Shown piece by piece: positions 1-10,822 of a stretch of DNA of 64,000 bases. Each line of letters begins with the position of its first letter. The stretch's first letter is position 1. Source of the stretch: Candidatus Eiseniibacteriota bacterium (GTDB taxonomy: Bacteria > Eisenbacteria > RBG-16-71-46 > JABDJR01); NCBI GenBank assembly GCA_963783375.1, contig CAWANH010000028.1, positions 32,001 through 96,000 of the forward strand. Reading direction: 5' to 3'. Both the position numbers and the translations under genes were made by a program. The notes under the pieces are model-generated. The model was not told the DNA's origin, made no database searches, and worked only from the letters and a program-made list of their open reading frames with translations.

Positions 1-153
1 GGCCCCGACTCACGACGGGCGGTGCTGGCCGCGGAACGGCTGGCCGCATTCTATGAGACCCGCGGCCGGCCCGACCGGGCCGCCCACTACCGCGCGCTCC
101 TTCCCGCACCGGAGACGGAGGGCGGAGCGCCCGACTGACCGGGAGCACGGGGG

Positions 154-1716
154 TCACCCCCGCTGGTCGCGGTCCCGGCTCAGGGCCTCCCGCACCTTTC
201 GGCGCAGATCGGCCGGGCGGAACGGCTTCTGGAGGAACAAGGTGTTCGGGCCCAGGACGTGTCGCCCCACCAGGGCGTCGTCGGTATAGCCGGACATGAA
301 GAGCACCCTCATGTCCGGACGGCGTGGGGTCAGGGCGTCGGCGATGTCCCGGCCGCTCTTCCGCGGCATGATGACGTCGGTCAGGAGGAGGTGGATGGGA
401 GCGTCGTAGACCGCGGCGATCTCCAGGGCGTGCTCGGGCAGGCCCGCGGTGAGCACCCGGTACCCCGCGCCGACCAGGATCTCCTCGACCAGCCCGCGCA
501 CCATCGGTTCGTCCTCCACCAGGAGCACGGTCTCGGTGCCGGACGCGGACTCGGAGACGGCCTCCAGGCTCCGGCCTCGGGTCGGGCTCGGCATCGACCC
601 GGGGAAGGTAGATCCGGAAGGTGGTCCCCTCGCCGACCGCGCTCTCGCAGAAGATGTATCCCTCGTTCTGCTTGACGATCCCGTACACGGTGGCCAATCC
701 CAACCCCGTCCCCTTGCCGCGCTCCTTGGTGGTGAAGAACGGCTCGAAGATTCGGGCACGCACATCGGGAGACATGCCCGAGCCGGTATCGGTCATGATC
801 AGCGCGACGTAGCGCCCCGGTTTCACATGGACGGCTTCCCCGGGGATTCGCTCTCCCAGCGTCACGTTGGCGGTTTGGAGAGTCAGACGGCCGCCCTCAG
901 GCATGCCGTCCCGCGCGTTCAGCGACCAGGTTCATGACGATCTGCTCGATCTGGCCGGGATCCATCCGGAGCCGCCCCGGCTCGGGGTCGGGCCGGAACT
1001 CCAGCTCCACGTCCTCGCCGATGAGCCGGGGGAGGAAGTTCTGCATCTCCTTCAGGGTATCGGTCATGTCGAGGACGTAGGGCTGGACCACCTGTTTCCG
1101 GTCGAAGGCCAGGAGCTGGCGGGTGAGGTCGCCCGCGCGTTCCGCGGCCTTCAGGACCTCGCCCAGCTGTTCCCGGGCGGGGTCCCCCGCCGGGGTATTC
1201 AGGTACACCATCTGCGTGTAGCCGCCGATCACGCTCAGGAGGTTGTTGAAATCATGGGCGACGCCTCCGGCCAGCCGCCCCACCGCTTCCATCTTCTGGG
1301 ACTCGCGGAGCTGCTCCTGAAGGCTGTCGTGCTCGGCGGAGTTCCGGCCGACGCTCGCATAGGTGATGACCCCGCCGAGTTCGTCCCCGAGAGCGACGGC
1401 CTGCGCCTCCACCTGGATGCTCGTCCCGTCGCGGCGGCGGCGGATGACATCGAACCGGACCACCTCGCCCCGGTTCCGGACGCCGAGCGCCTCTTCCACT
1501 TCCTTGGGCAGGAGTCCGGAGGGAAACACCTTGGCGATCGGGTGACCCATCACTTCCTCCCGCCGCCACCCGTAGAGTTCCTCCGCCGCCCCGATTCCAC
1601 AGGGCGATCCTATGCGACGCATCGACGCCCAGAATGGCGTCGAAGACCGCGTCCAGGATCGGAGTGGGAACCACCGGCGGGACGCCGGATTGCCCGCCAA
1701 TTTCTTCTTCAACCAT
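154..1716 (-). pseudogene. PAS-domain hybrid sensor histidine kinase/response regulator, broken by three +1 frameshifts (~1590, ~922, ~580; probably sequencing errors)
   Basis: PAS (ILDAVFDAILGVD...IALWNR / AAEELYGW), HisKA ([21 protein letters not shown]), HATPase ([19 protein letters not shown], read manually) and REC (TVLLVEDE...LLLTDVIMP...FLQKPF) lie in different frames. RBS GAGGGG precedes the ATG at 1716. Confidence 0.85.
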
Positions 1717-2093
1717 GATTGTTCCCCCTCATCCACCACGGACCCCATGAGCCCGTTCGGTGCGACGGCGCCGGTTCCGGGACGGAACCCGGGCGCCGGG
1801 TTCGGATCGGACGTGGGCCGTGTTTGTCGGGAGGGGCTCACTCCCCTCCGGACATGGCCGGTCAACGATTCGCCCAACCAAGTGCGTCCGCAATCAGGGG
1901 GATCGAAAGTCGGAACCGCTTGGGCGACCGGCGCTCACCGCCCGGTCGAAGTTTGATTGTCTCTGATGCTGATTGTCTGTGATGTGGGTAGATCCAGAAT
2001 ATTCTGGTGCAAGCACGAAAGTCAATCAGCTCATTTCAGGACATCCGTGTGCATTTGGTTTTAAATCAACGACCAACATCGATGAGATTCGGC

Positions 2094-2136
2094 TTGCGTC
2101 CGTATCTGACCGAGTGTATATTGTCGGTAATACACT
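2094..2136 (+). promoter_or_regulatory. sigma70-type promoter (TTGCGT-17-TATATT) overlapped by a YtrA-type inverted repeat AGTGTA-N12-TACACT
   Basis: -35 at 2094-2099, -10 at 2117-2122, palindrome arms at 2113-2118 and 2131-2136, directly upstream of a YtrA-like GntR gene. Confidence 0.75.
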
Positions 2137-2150
2137 AGCAGGTGGGAGCC

Positions 2151-2565
2151 ATGCTCATCGTTCTCGATCATCACAGCGGGATCCCGGTATACCGGCAGCT
2201 CATGGACCAGATCAAGTTCCACATCGCCTCCGGCCTGGTGAAGGCGGGCGAGGAGGTGCCCTCGACCCGCGCGCTCTCACTCGAGCTGGGGCTGAACCCC
2301 ATGACGGTGAGCAAGGCCTACGGGTACCTGGAGCGGGAGGGGGTCCTGGAGCGCCGGCCGGGTCTTCCGTTGGTGGTCACCCCACGGGCGGGTGATCTAC
2401 GGGAGGCCCGGTGGGAGCAGGTCCGCCAGAGCCTCGCCCCCGCCGCGGTGATGGTTCGCCAGCTCGGAGTTCCGCCCGCCGAGGCGGTGGGGATGTTCCA
2501 GGACATGTTGAAGGAGAGCCGACGGCGAACCCGCCGACGACCACGATCCGGAGAGTGCATCATGA
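2151..2565 (+). CDS. GntR family (YtrA subfamily) transcriptional regulator; a probable +1 frameshift near 2520 fuses it artificially to the next ORF
   Basis: LDHHSGIPVYRQLMDQIKFHIASG...STRALSLELGLNPMTVSKAY is a YtrA-type wHTH. The corrected frame ends at a TGA overlapping the next ATG (ATGA, 2562-2565). Confidence 0.85.
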
Positions 2566-3492
2566 ACCGACTCGATTCTCGGATTCAGGTTTCCCAGCCC
2601 GCAACCGCGGCCCCAGCCTTCGAACTCCGCGACGTGACCAAGCAGTTCGGAAGCGTGACCGCTCTGGACCGGGTCACCGTCTCGATTCCCCCGCGCTCGG
2701 TGGTGGGACTGATCGGCCGGAACGGAAGCGGCAAGACCACGCTGCTTCGCCACCTGGTCGGTCTGGCCCTCCCCACCCGCGGATCCTGCTATACCCTGGG
2801 GGTCTCCGCCGGACGAGCTGGGATCGGCGGAACTCTCCCGGATCGGGGTCGTGAACCAGGAGAACCGGTTCATCGACTGGATGTCCGTGGACGAGCACAT
2901 CCGCTACGTGTCCTCGTTCTACCCCCACTGGGACCGCGATCTGGAGACGCGCCTCCTCAAGGACCTGGAACTCGATCGCCGGGCCCGGGTGGGCGCCCTC
3001 TCCCCCGGCAACGTCCAGAAGCTGGCGGTCATCCTGGCGGTGGGACACCATCCCGACCTCCTCCTCCTCGACGAGCCGGTGAGCGCCCTGGACCCCATCT
3101 CCCGGGCCGGCATGCTCCGCTTCCTGGTCGAGCTCCTCCAGGAGGGGACGCGGACGATCGTGATTTCCTCCCACGTGCTCACCGACATCGAGAGGATGGT
3201 GGATCACGTGATCTGCCTCCACCAGGGACGACTCCGGGTGTCGGCCGGGTTCGACGAGCTCCGGGAGCGGTTCTGCGAATGGATGGTCACCTCGAAGAAC
3301 GGCCGCCTTCCCGTGTACTTCCCGGAGCGATACGTGGTGGCCCATCAGGGGAACAGCTTCCAGGCGGTGGTGAGCGTCCGGGACGCCGGGGATCGCCTGC
3401 CGGAGTTCAAGATCCGCTACGAGGCCGAGGTGGCGATCCGACCGTTGAACCTGGAGCGGCTCTTCCCGCTCCTCCTGGAGGAGAAGGTGTGA
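2562..3492 (+). CDS. ABC transporter ATP-binding protein (YtrB-like); +1 frameshift near 2811
   Basis: Walker A GRNGSGKT is in the 2142 frame. The signature LSPGNVQK, Walker B LLLLDEP and H-loop ISSH are in ORF 2851..3492. Confidence 0.85.
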
Positions 3493-5021
3493 TGAACGCG
3501 GTGGCGCTTCCCCGGCTTCTCCGCCGGCCGTCGTTTCTGGTCTGGCTCTTCGTGGGGCTCTCCATGACGCTCCTCCTGGTCTCCTTCGACTTCAGCTTTC
3601 ACGGCTACGGTGGAGACGCGCTCCACGTGGTCGCGAGCCTCGACCGGTCCGCCCCCGGTGAGCGGGCCCTTCACGTCCTCCGCTTCCTGAGCCTCTGCGC
3701 TCCGGCCGTCCTGGGCTTTCTGATCGGCCAGACGGTCCAGGAGCTCTACCACACCACCTTCGCCTGGAACCTCCCGGCCCTCAGACGGAGCGTCGCGGGG
3801 CAGGTGATCCTGGCCGGGGCGATCGTCTCCATCCCGGTGGTTCTCGGTTTCCGGGCACTGGGCGGAAGCACGCCTCCGATCCCCCTCGCCGCCTTCGCGC
3901 TCCTCTGGTTCCTGCTGGGAACCGGGGTGGAGGGGAGCCTCATCCAACTCCGTCAGAGCGACTTCGGACGAGTTAGCCTTATCGCCCTGCTGGCCGCGGG
4001 CGTCCTCATCGATCCGCTCTTCCGCGTCGTGGACCTCTATCCCTGGGCGGGGGCGCTGTCGGCTCTCCTGCTCGGCGCGGCATGCGTGCGATGGGGGTAC
4101 GGCACCGAGGCGGCAAGGCGGCGCCCGGTGGTCCCGACCCTGTCCCTGGTCAGCACCTTCTCGGGGGCGGCCAAGAATCGCTACCGGCAGGAGGTCCGGT
4201 CCTACGCTCCGGGTACGGGCGTCGCCTGGACCGAGCCGCTTGCCGCGGCGGAGACTCCCGGCTGGGTCCGGGCCGAAAGCTACGAATCCTACGGCTACCG
4301 CCGGACCGGATCGGCACGGGTGCTCCTGGGGACCGTCATCTTCACCGTTCTCTTCGTGGGCCTCTTCGCTTTCCAGAGCGGGATCGAGGCGACCGGGAAC
4401 CGTAGCGACGGTCTCCGCTACGCCCTCGCCACCTTTCTCCAGGCCCCTCTGGCCACGGCGGGCGATCACGCCCCCCCATACCTGCTCCTGGGCTGGTTCC
4501 TGGGCACGGTGGCCTGGGCCTACGTGGCCACGTCGTCCTCCCTGCGGCTCCAGGCCCTCCCTTATCCCCTGTCCCGAACCGACCTCTCCCGGATCACCTA
4601 CCGGGCCGGCCTCCGTCTGGTCACCCGGTTCTGTTCGGTGGCGGCGTTCCTCATCGCCGCGACGGTTCTGATCCTCTTCCTTTCCGGCTACCGGACGGGA
4701 CCCCTGGACGCCCTGCCCGGCTTCATACGCTCCCTGGCCCTGGTGTTCGCGCTCATGCCCTTGCCGCTCGTCTTCCGGACCACCGGGATTACCGGGTCCT
4801 GCCGGGGGCGGCGGTCCAACCGGATCACGTTTCTCTCGGTGGGCTCGGTGCTGGTCACGGCCGGCCTGGTGGCCGCGACCACCCGTTGGCTTCCGGCGTG
4901 GCTCGGGAGACCGGGCCCCGTCGTCGAAGGGGCGCTCCTCCTGGCCCTGATGGCGGCGTCCCAGTTCGGCTACCGCCGATGGCTGCGCGCCTATTTCCGG
5001 AAGGCGGACCTGGCATGTTGA
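3492..5021 (+). CDS. multi-pass membrane protein, probable ABC permease
   Basis: Begins MNAVALPRLL at a TGATG overlap with the ATPase stop and has many hydrophobic helices. Confidence 0.7.
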   Translation: MNAVALPRLLRRPSFLVWLFVGLSMTLLLVSFDFSFHGYGGDALHVVASLDRSAPGERALHVLRFLSLCAPAVLGFLIGQTVQELYHTTFAWNLPALRRSVAGQVILAGAIVSIPVVLGFRALGGSTPPIPLAAFALLWFLLGTGVEGSLIQLRQSDFGRVSLIALLAAGVLIDPLFRVVDLYPWAGALSALLLGAACVRWGYGTEAARRRPVVPTLSLVSTFSGAAKNRYRQEVRSYAPGTGVAWTEPLAAAETPGWVRAESYESYGYRRTGSARVLLGTVIFTVLFVGLFAFQSGIEATGNRSDGLRYALATFLQAPLATAGDHAPPYLLLGWFLGTVAWAYVATSSSLRLQALPYPLSRTDLSRITYRAGLRLVTRFCSVAAFLIAATVLILFLSGYRTGPLDALPGFIRSLALVFALMPLPLVFRTTGITGSCRGRRSNRITFLSVGSVLVTAGLVAATTRWLPAWLGRPGPVVEGALLLALMAASQFGYRRWLRAYFRKADLAC

Positions 5022-5088
5022 CCGCCATTCCCCAGCGGCCCCATTCTCGATTTCCCTCGGTCCCATCACCCAACACGAGGTGCGATCC

Positions 5089-5991
5089 ATGAACGAGACC
5101 CTCGAAGTGCGCGACGTTCGAAAGACCTTCGACAAGTTCACCGCGGTGGACGGGGTGTCCCTGAAGGTGCCCGCAGGCACGGTGTTCGGCCTCCTCGGAC
5201 CGAACGGGGCGGGGAAGACCACCACCATCCGCATGATCATGGACATCATCGCCCCCGATTCCGGAGAGGTCCTCTTCTTCGGGCGGCCGCGCCAAAGCGG
5301 CGACCTTCACCGGATCGGCTATCTCCCGGAGGAACGCGGGCTCTACCGGAAGATGACGGTGGCCGACCACCTGACCTTCTTCGGGGAACTCCACGGCCTG
5401 AGGAAGCGCGAGCTGAAACCCAAGATCGACCTCTGGCTCCAGAGGGTGGGCCTCGAGACCTGGGCGGCCAAGAAGGTGGAGGAACTCTCCAAGGGAATGC
5501 AGCAGAAGATCCAGCTGGTGGGAACCCTCATCCACGAGCCGGAGATCGTGATCCTGGACGAGCCCTTCTCGGGCCTCGATCCCATCAACCAGCAGCTCTT
5601 CAAGGATCTCCTGGCCGAATACGAGAAGGCCGGGCGGACCATCCTCTTCTCCACCCACGTGATGGAACAGGCCGAGAAGCTCTGCGATCACGTCTGCCTC
5701 ATCTCCAAGGGGAGGGTGATCCTGGATGGGGAACTCCGGGCGATCAAGGAGCGTCTGGGCGGGAACTCCTACCGTCTGAGCGGCCGCGGGGACATGAGCC
5801 GGCTCTCCGACGTGCCGGGGGTGGACCAGGCCGTCGCCCAGGACGGGATGGCGAAGCTCCTCCTCCGACCGGGGGTCGAGGGCTCGGCGGTGCTCCGGGA
5901 GATCGTGCAGTTTCTCGAAGTGGACGAGTTCCGCTCCGAAGAGCCGGATCTGGAAGAGATCTTCATCAAGGCGGTGAACGATGCGCGCTGA
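5089..5991 (+). CDS. ABC transporter ATP-binding protein (NatA/YhaQ-like)
   Basis: GPNGAGKT, LSKGMQQK, ILDEPFSGLDP, FSTH; RBS GAGGTG. Confidence 0.92.
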   Translation: MNETLEVRDVRKTFDKFTAVDGVSLKVPAGTVFGLLGPNGAGKTTTIRMIMDIIAPDSGEVLFFGRPRQSGDLHRIGYLPEERGLYRKMTVADHLTFFGELHGLRKRELKPKIDLWLQRVGLETWAAKKVEELSKGMQQKIQLVGTLIHEPEIVILDEPFSGLDPINQQLFKDLLAEYEKAGRTILFSTHVMEQAEKLCDHVCLISKGRVILDGELRAIKERLGGNSYRLSGRGDMSRLSDVPGVDQAVAQDGMAKLLLRPGVEGSAVLREIVQFLEVDEFRSEEPDLEEIFIKAVNDAR

Positions 5992-7258
5992 CAAGATGCT
6001 GGTGATCGCGAAGCGGGAGTACGTGACCCGGGTGAAGACCAAGGGCTTCTGGATCGCCACGGTCCTGCTTCCCGTCTTCATGCTGTCCATGACCCTCCTC
6101 CCCGCCCTCGTCATGAGCAAGGCCAAGACCAGCCACCGGGTCGTGATCGTCGACGCGACGGGTGAGGTGGCCGGCCCCCTGCGGGAGAAGCTGGAGAAGC
6201 GGGAGGCCTCCGGGCGCGGTGAGATCCGCTTCGAGATGGAAACCCGATCTCCCGCCGCGGATACCGAGGCCCAGCGGGCGGCTCTCGACCGCCAGGTCCT
6301 GAACGGAGACATCAACTCCTGGGTCTGGGTCACCCGCGACGGCCTGGACCGGGGCAAGGTGGAATACCACTCCGAGAACATCTCCAACTTCGCCACCCAA
6401 TCGGTGCTGGAGAACGCGCTCACCGACGTGGTGCGCCGGGCCAAGCTCACCGCCGCCGGGCTCGATCCGGACCAGATCGAGGGGCTCGACCGGTCCATCG
6501 GCCTCAACACCATCCGGATCACCGAGAGCGGAAGCCGGGAGGAGCGCGGCGAAGCGGGGTTCATCTTCGCCTACCTTCTCTTCTTCCTCCTCTACATCGT
6601 GCTCATCATCTACGGCCAGCAGGTCATGCAGGGAGTGCTGGAGGAGAAGACCTCCCGGGTGGTGGAGGTGGTGATCTCCTCGGCCAGCCCGTTCGAGCTG
6701 ATGCTGGGAAAGCTCATCGGCATCTGCTGCACCGGGCTCACCCAGCTCGCGGTGTGGCTGGGGACGGTGGCGGTGGTGACCGCGCCGGGCATCGTCGCTT
6801 CGATCGCCTGGCTCCCCTCGGATTTCCAGATCCCCACCCTGCCGGTCTCCCTGATCCTCCACTTCTTCGCCCTGTTCCTCCTGGGCTTCTTCGTCTTCGC
6901 GAGCTTCTACGCGGCCATCGGGGCCTCGTTCAACTCCGCCCAGGAGGCCCAACAGCTCTCCACCTTCGCCATCATGTTCCTGATCGCGCCCTTCATCTTC
7001 ATGATGCCGGTGATCAACGACCCCGACTCGACCCTGGCGGTGGTGACCTCCCTCATTCCCGTCTTCACCCCGCTGGTCATGATGCTCCGCCTGGCGGTGA
7101 AGGCGCCGCCGTGGTGGCAGATCGTCCTCGCCTACACGCTCACCGGAGGCTTCACGCTGTTCATGATCTGGGTGGCGGCGCGGATCTACCGGGTGGGGAT
7201 CCTGATGTACGGGAAGAAGCCGACGGTGCAGGAGATCCTGCGCTGGACGCGGTACTAG
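5981..7258 (+). CDS. ABC-2 type permease (NatB/YhaP-like)
   Basis: N-terminal IAKREYVTRVKTKGF, EEKTSRVVEVVISS, C-terminal ILMYGKKP; overlaps the ATPase gene. Confidence 0.9.
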   Translation: MRADKMLVIAKREYVTRVKTKGFWIATVLLPVFMLSMTLLPALVMSKAKTSHRVVIVDATGEVAGPLREKLEKREASGRGEIRFEMETRSPAADTEAQRAALDRQVLNGDINSWVWVTRDGLDRGKVEYHSENISNFATQSVLENALTDVVRRAKLTAAGLDPDQIEGLDRSIGLNTIRITESGSREERGEAGFIFAYLLFFLLYIVLIIYGQQVMQGVLEEKTSRVVEVVISSASPFELMLGKLIGICCTGLTQLAVWLGTVAVVTAPGIVASIAWLPSDFQIPTLPVSLILHFFALFLLGFFVFASFYAAIGASFNSAQEAQQLSTFAIMFLIAPFIFMMPVINDPDSTLAVVTSLIPVFTPLVMMLRLAVKAPPWWQIVLAYTLTGGFTLFMIWVAARIYRVGILMYGKKPTVQEILRWTRY

Positions 7259-7276
7259 CAGCTCCCGCGAGGGGGT

Positions 7277-9193
7277 TCAGCGCAGGCGGTCGGTGACGGC
7301 CGGCGGGAGCGTGACCCCGGCCTGAGCCGCCTTCCCGGCCCAGGTCCGGGCCTCGTCGGTCCGGCCCGCCTCGAGGAGCGCGTCGATGAGCCCGGCGTAG
7401 GCGGAGGGGAGCCGCGGGTTCCGCTCCAGGGCGGCCCGGAACATGGCCTCGGCCCGCGGGTCGTGGCGCGCGTGAAGGAGCAGGCCCCGGTAGAGGTAGG
7501 GCGCGGCGGCGGCCGGATCCAGCCGGCTCGCCTCGGCCATGGTTCGCTCGCAATCCTCCCCCCGGCCGGCGGCGTAGTAGAGGATCCCCAGGTTGGCGAG
7601 GATGGAGGGGTCCTCGGGAGCCCCGCGGAGCGCCGCCTCCAGCTCCCGGATCGCTCCCGGCACGTCCCCGCGGGCGGCTTTGAGCTGCCCCAGGCGCAGG
7701 TGCGCGCCCACCGAGGCCGGGTCGCGGGCCAGGGCCTCCTCGTAGGCCTCGACGGCCCGCCCGGGATTTCCGTCCGCCTCGTAGGCCTCCCCCACCTGCA
7801 CGAAGAGCTGTCCCTCCCAGAGCGGATTCCGGTTGGCCCCCAGCGGCGACCGCCAGGTGAGCGCGACGAAGACCACGATTTCGAGCGCGGCGATCCCCAC
7901 CGCGAAGCGCCGGCGCTCACGCCAGATCCCGAAGCCCCGGACGAGGGCGTACCCCGAGAACACGGCCAGAACCGGCACCGCGGGGAGCCGGAGCCGGGAC
8001 ATGACGAAGAAGAGGAGCGCGGAGAGCGCCACCGCCAGCAACACCGCGACCGATGCGGCGAGGGGGACGCGACCCCGGGGCGGGACGCGCCGGTTGGCCC
8101 GCGCGGCCAGCACCAACCCCAACAGCCCGAGGGCGACCAGGAGGTTGAACGGGAGGGCGAGGATCCGGAGCATCGGGACCTTCGACACCTCGATCGGAAA
8201 GCTCCCGTTCACCGTCTCCTCCTGGCGCCCCACCAGCATCCAGGCTTTCCGCGCCTCCAGCCACAGCCAGCGGCCGGGCGCGGCGCCGATCTCCCCCAGC
8301 GCCCGGCGAAACCACCATCGCGAAGCCTCGGACGGGGGGAGCGGACGCCCGACCGCGGCCATGGCCACCGAATCGGCGTCCGCCTCCTGGGTCCGGATGT
8401 TGTTCCCGACCCCGGGGATGGCCGCGTAGACCCCGGTCGCCCCCCGGTAGTTCCCCATGTAGAAGTTGACGCCCCCGGCGGTGGCCACCGGGGTGAATGC
8501 CCCGCGAGCTACGTTGTGGACGGTGACCGGCAGGAGGGCGAAGAGCGCGGCCAGCGCGTAGGCGGCCGGGAGCCGCCGGGGCGCCCGGCCGCGGATCGCG
8601 CGCCAGGCGTAGACCACGACCAGGATCGCCGGAACCAGGATCAGGTTGGCCCGGACCGCGGCCAGGAGCCCCGCGGCCAGGCCGGCGCCGATCGCCCAGA
8701 GCACGCCGCGGCGGCGGCGGATCGCGGTTTCGGCCTCGGCGGAGGCGAACACCGTGACCAGGGTCAGGAAGACCGAGAGGGTGGCGCCGAGGAGCTTGGT
8801 CTCGTAGTAATACAGCGCCGCGTAGGCCAGGAGCATGGCCCCGGCCAGTAGCCCGGTTCCCGGCCCGAAGAGCCGCCGGCCCAGGAACGCGGTGATCACC
8901 ACGATCGATACCCCGAGCGCGGCCTGGACCAGCACCCCGGCCAGGGGCTCCACTCCGAAGATCCGGAACACCAGGCCGAGGAAGAAGGCGTAGCCCGGGG
9001 CCTGGTAATAGGGCGCGTCGGTGAAGGGAAGCCCGCGGGCCAGCAGCGCGGCCTGGTCCCGGTAGAGCGCGGCGTCGAGGAGGGGATGGCGGAGGAACGG
9101 GAGGGCGTGGGCGTCGGTGACGAGGAATGCCGCGCGCAGGAGCGCCGCGGCCAGGGCCAGAAAAATGACGCCGATCAGGAAGCGGCGCTCCAT
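7277..9193 (-). CDS. GT-C (ArnT/PMT-like) membrane glycosyltransferase with C-terminal TPR repeats
   Basis: LLDAALY...PYYQAPGY loop, many TM helices, GGVNFYMGN motif, then TPR-like repeats (A..AYEEALARDP, ALRGAPEDPSILANLG). An alternative TTG start is at 9220. Confidence 0.8.
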   Translation of the reverse strand: MERRFLIGVIFLALAAALLRAAFLVTDAHALPFLRHPLLDAALYRDQAALLARGLPFTDAPYYQAPGYAFFLGLVFRIFGVEPLAGVLVQAALGVSIVVITAFLGRRLFGPGTGLLAGAMLLAYAALYYYETKLLGATLSVFLTLVTVFASAEAETAIRRRRGVLWAIGAGLAAGLLAAVRANLILVPAILVVVYAWRAIRGRAPRRLPAAYALAALFALLPVTVHNVARGAFTPVATAGGVNFYMGNYRGATGVYAAIPGVGNNIRTQEADADSVAMAAVGRPLPPSEASRWWFRRALGEIGAAPGRWLWLEARKAWMLVGRQEETVNGSFPIEVSKVPMLRILALPFNLLVALGLLGLVLAARANRRVPPRGRVPLAASVAVLLAVALSALLFFVMSRLRLPAVPVLAVFSGYALVRGFGIWRERRRFAVGIAALEIVVFVALTWRSPLGANRNPLWEGQLFVQVGEAYEADGNPGRAVEAYEEALARDPASVGAHLRLGQLKAARGDVPGAIRELEAALRGAPEDPSILANLGILYYAAGRGEDCERTMAEASRLDPAAAAPYLYRGLLLHARHDPRAEAMFRAALERNPRLPSAYAGLIDALLEAGRTDEARTWAGKAAQAGVTLPPAVTDRLR

Positions 9194-9441
9194 GGGGTCG
9201 GACGGTTTGGGCTTGGGCAAGGGAACTTGAATCTAGCCGGGGCGGGAGGACGGGTCAATTCCGGAGCGCGCAGCCGACCGGATCCGTCGGATGGCCCGGG
9301 GAAGGCGGGGGTCGGGGGCGCGGGAGTGCGGGGGCGCGGGAGGGGCGGGGGGCGCGGGGGGCGCGGCAAGCCCCCTGGGCGAACCGCCGCGAATCTGGCA
9401 AGCTGTCCGGTTCCGTTTCCCCCGTCCCGAGGGCTCACGAC

Positions 9442-10812
9442 GTGACCTCCACCCGATTCGAGATCAAGCGCCTCGCCGCCCTCGCCACCCCGGTGGTCAT
9501 CACCCAGGTGACGAGCATGCTCATGGGCGTGGTGGACATCCTGATGGTCGGTCACGTGAGCGTGAACGCCATCGGGGCGGCGTCCCTGGGGCGGCTCTGG
9601 GTGTTCGGCACCCTCCTCTTCGGCCTCGGGGTGGTGTTCGGGCTCGACCCCCTGGTCACCCAGGCCCACGGAGCCGGGGACACCCGGCGCCTGGCGGTGG
9701 CCACCCAGCGCGGGGCGGTGCTGGCCCTGGTCCTGGGGCTCCCTCTGGGAGTGCTGTGGCTCTTCACCGGGCGGGTGCTCCTCCTCCTCGGACAGAGCGG
9801 GGACCTGGCCCGGCTGGCCCAGACCTACGTCACGGTTCAGATCCCCAGCATCCCGGCGATTCTCCTCTTCACGGTGATCCGGCAGTACCTCCAGGGCCGG
9901 GCCATCATGCGCCCGGCCATGTGGACGGCCATCCTCGCCAACGGCGTGAACGTGCTCCTAAACTGGGTGCTCATCTTCGGACACTGGGGGGCGCCGGCCA
10001 TGGGGGTCATGGGGGCGGGGATCGCGACCGCCATCACCCGGTGGTTCATGTTCGGGACGCTCCTCTTCATCACCCTTCGATTCCGGCTGCACGAAGGCGG
10101 CTGGGTGCCCTGGAGCCGCGAGGCCATCCGCCTCTCGGGCCTCCGCGAAATCATGCACTACGGGCTTCCGGTCGGCCTCCAGATCAGCTTCGAGGTCTGG
10201 GCCTTCGAGATCACCACCCTCATGTCCGGCCGTCTGGGAGCGGTTCCCCTGGCCGCCCACACCATCGCTCTCAACCTGGCGTCGTTATCCTTCATGGTGC
10301 CCCTGGGGATCTCCGGAGCCGCGGTGACCCGGGTGGGAAACCTGATCGGCGAGAAACGCCCGCGGGACGCCCAGCGCGCGGCGTCGGTGGCGCTGGCCAT
10401 GGGGGCGGGGGTGATGACGGTGTCCGCGGTGGCGTTCGTGGTGCTCCGCGGCCTCATCCCCCGGCTCTACACCTCCGACCTCACGGTGATCGCCGCCGCG
10501 GCGGGGATCCTCCCCATTGCCGGCGCCTTCCAGATCTTCGACGGCACCCAGGTGGTGGGAACCGGTATCCTACGCGGCATGGGACGCACCCGCCCCGCCG
10601 CGGTGATCTACCTGGTGGGGTACTACGTGCTGGCGCTCCCCATGGCGTGGTGGCTCGGCTTCCGCCTGGAGTACGGGCTTCCCGGGGTATGGTGGGGGCT
10701 CTCCATGGGCCTGGCCGCGGTGGCGCTGATGCTGGTGGCGTGGATCTGGCGGAGGGGGCCGGCGCACTTCCCCATCGCCCCCGGCTTGCCGGCCGAGGCG
10801 TCGACGGGTTAG
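9442..10812 (+). CDS. MATE family efflux transporter (NorM-like)
   Basis: LATPVVITQ...VVDILMVGH, NWVLIFGHWGAPAMGVMGAGIAT, FQIFDGTQVV..GILRG; about 12 TM helices. Confidence 0.93.
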   Translation: MTSTRFEIKRLAALATPVVITQVTSMLMGVVDILMVGHVSVNAIGAASLGRLWVFGTLLFGLGVVFGLDPLVTQAHGAGDTRRLAVATQRGAVLALVLGLPLGVLWLFTGRVLLLLGQSGDLARLAQTYVTVQIPSIPAILLFTVIRQYLQGRAIMRPAMWTAILANGVNVLLNWVLIFGHWGAPAMGVMGAGIATAITRWFMFGTLLFITLRFRLHEGGWVPWSREAIRLSGLREIMHYGLPVGLQISFEVWAFEITTLMSGRLGAVPLAAHTIALNLASLSFMVPLGISGAAVTRVGNLIGEKRPRDAQRAASVALAMGAGVMTVSAVAFVVLRGLIPRLYTSDLTVIAAAAGILPIAGAFQIFDGTQVVGTGILRGMGRTRPAAVIYLVGYYVLALPMAWWLGFRLEYGLPGVWWGLSMGLAAVALMLVAWIWRRGPAHFPIAPGLPAEASTG

Positions 10813-10822
10813 AAAGATCGAC

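Noticed and set aside
2142-5021. 959-aa GntR-ATPase-permease fusion protein
   Set aside because: The middle part is off-frame nonsense. The true ATPase C-half is in ORF 2851..3492, so this is a frameshift artefact.
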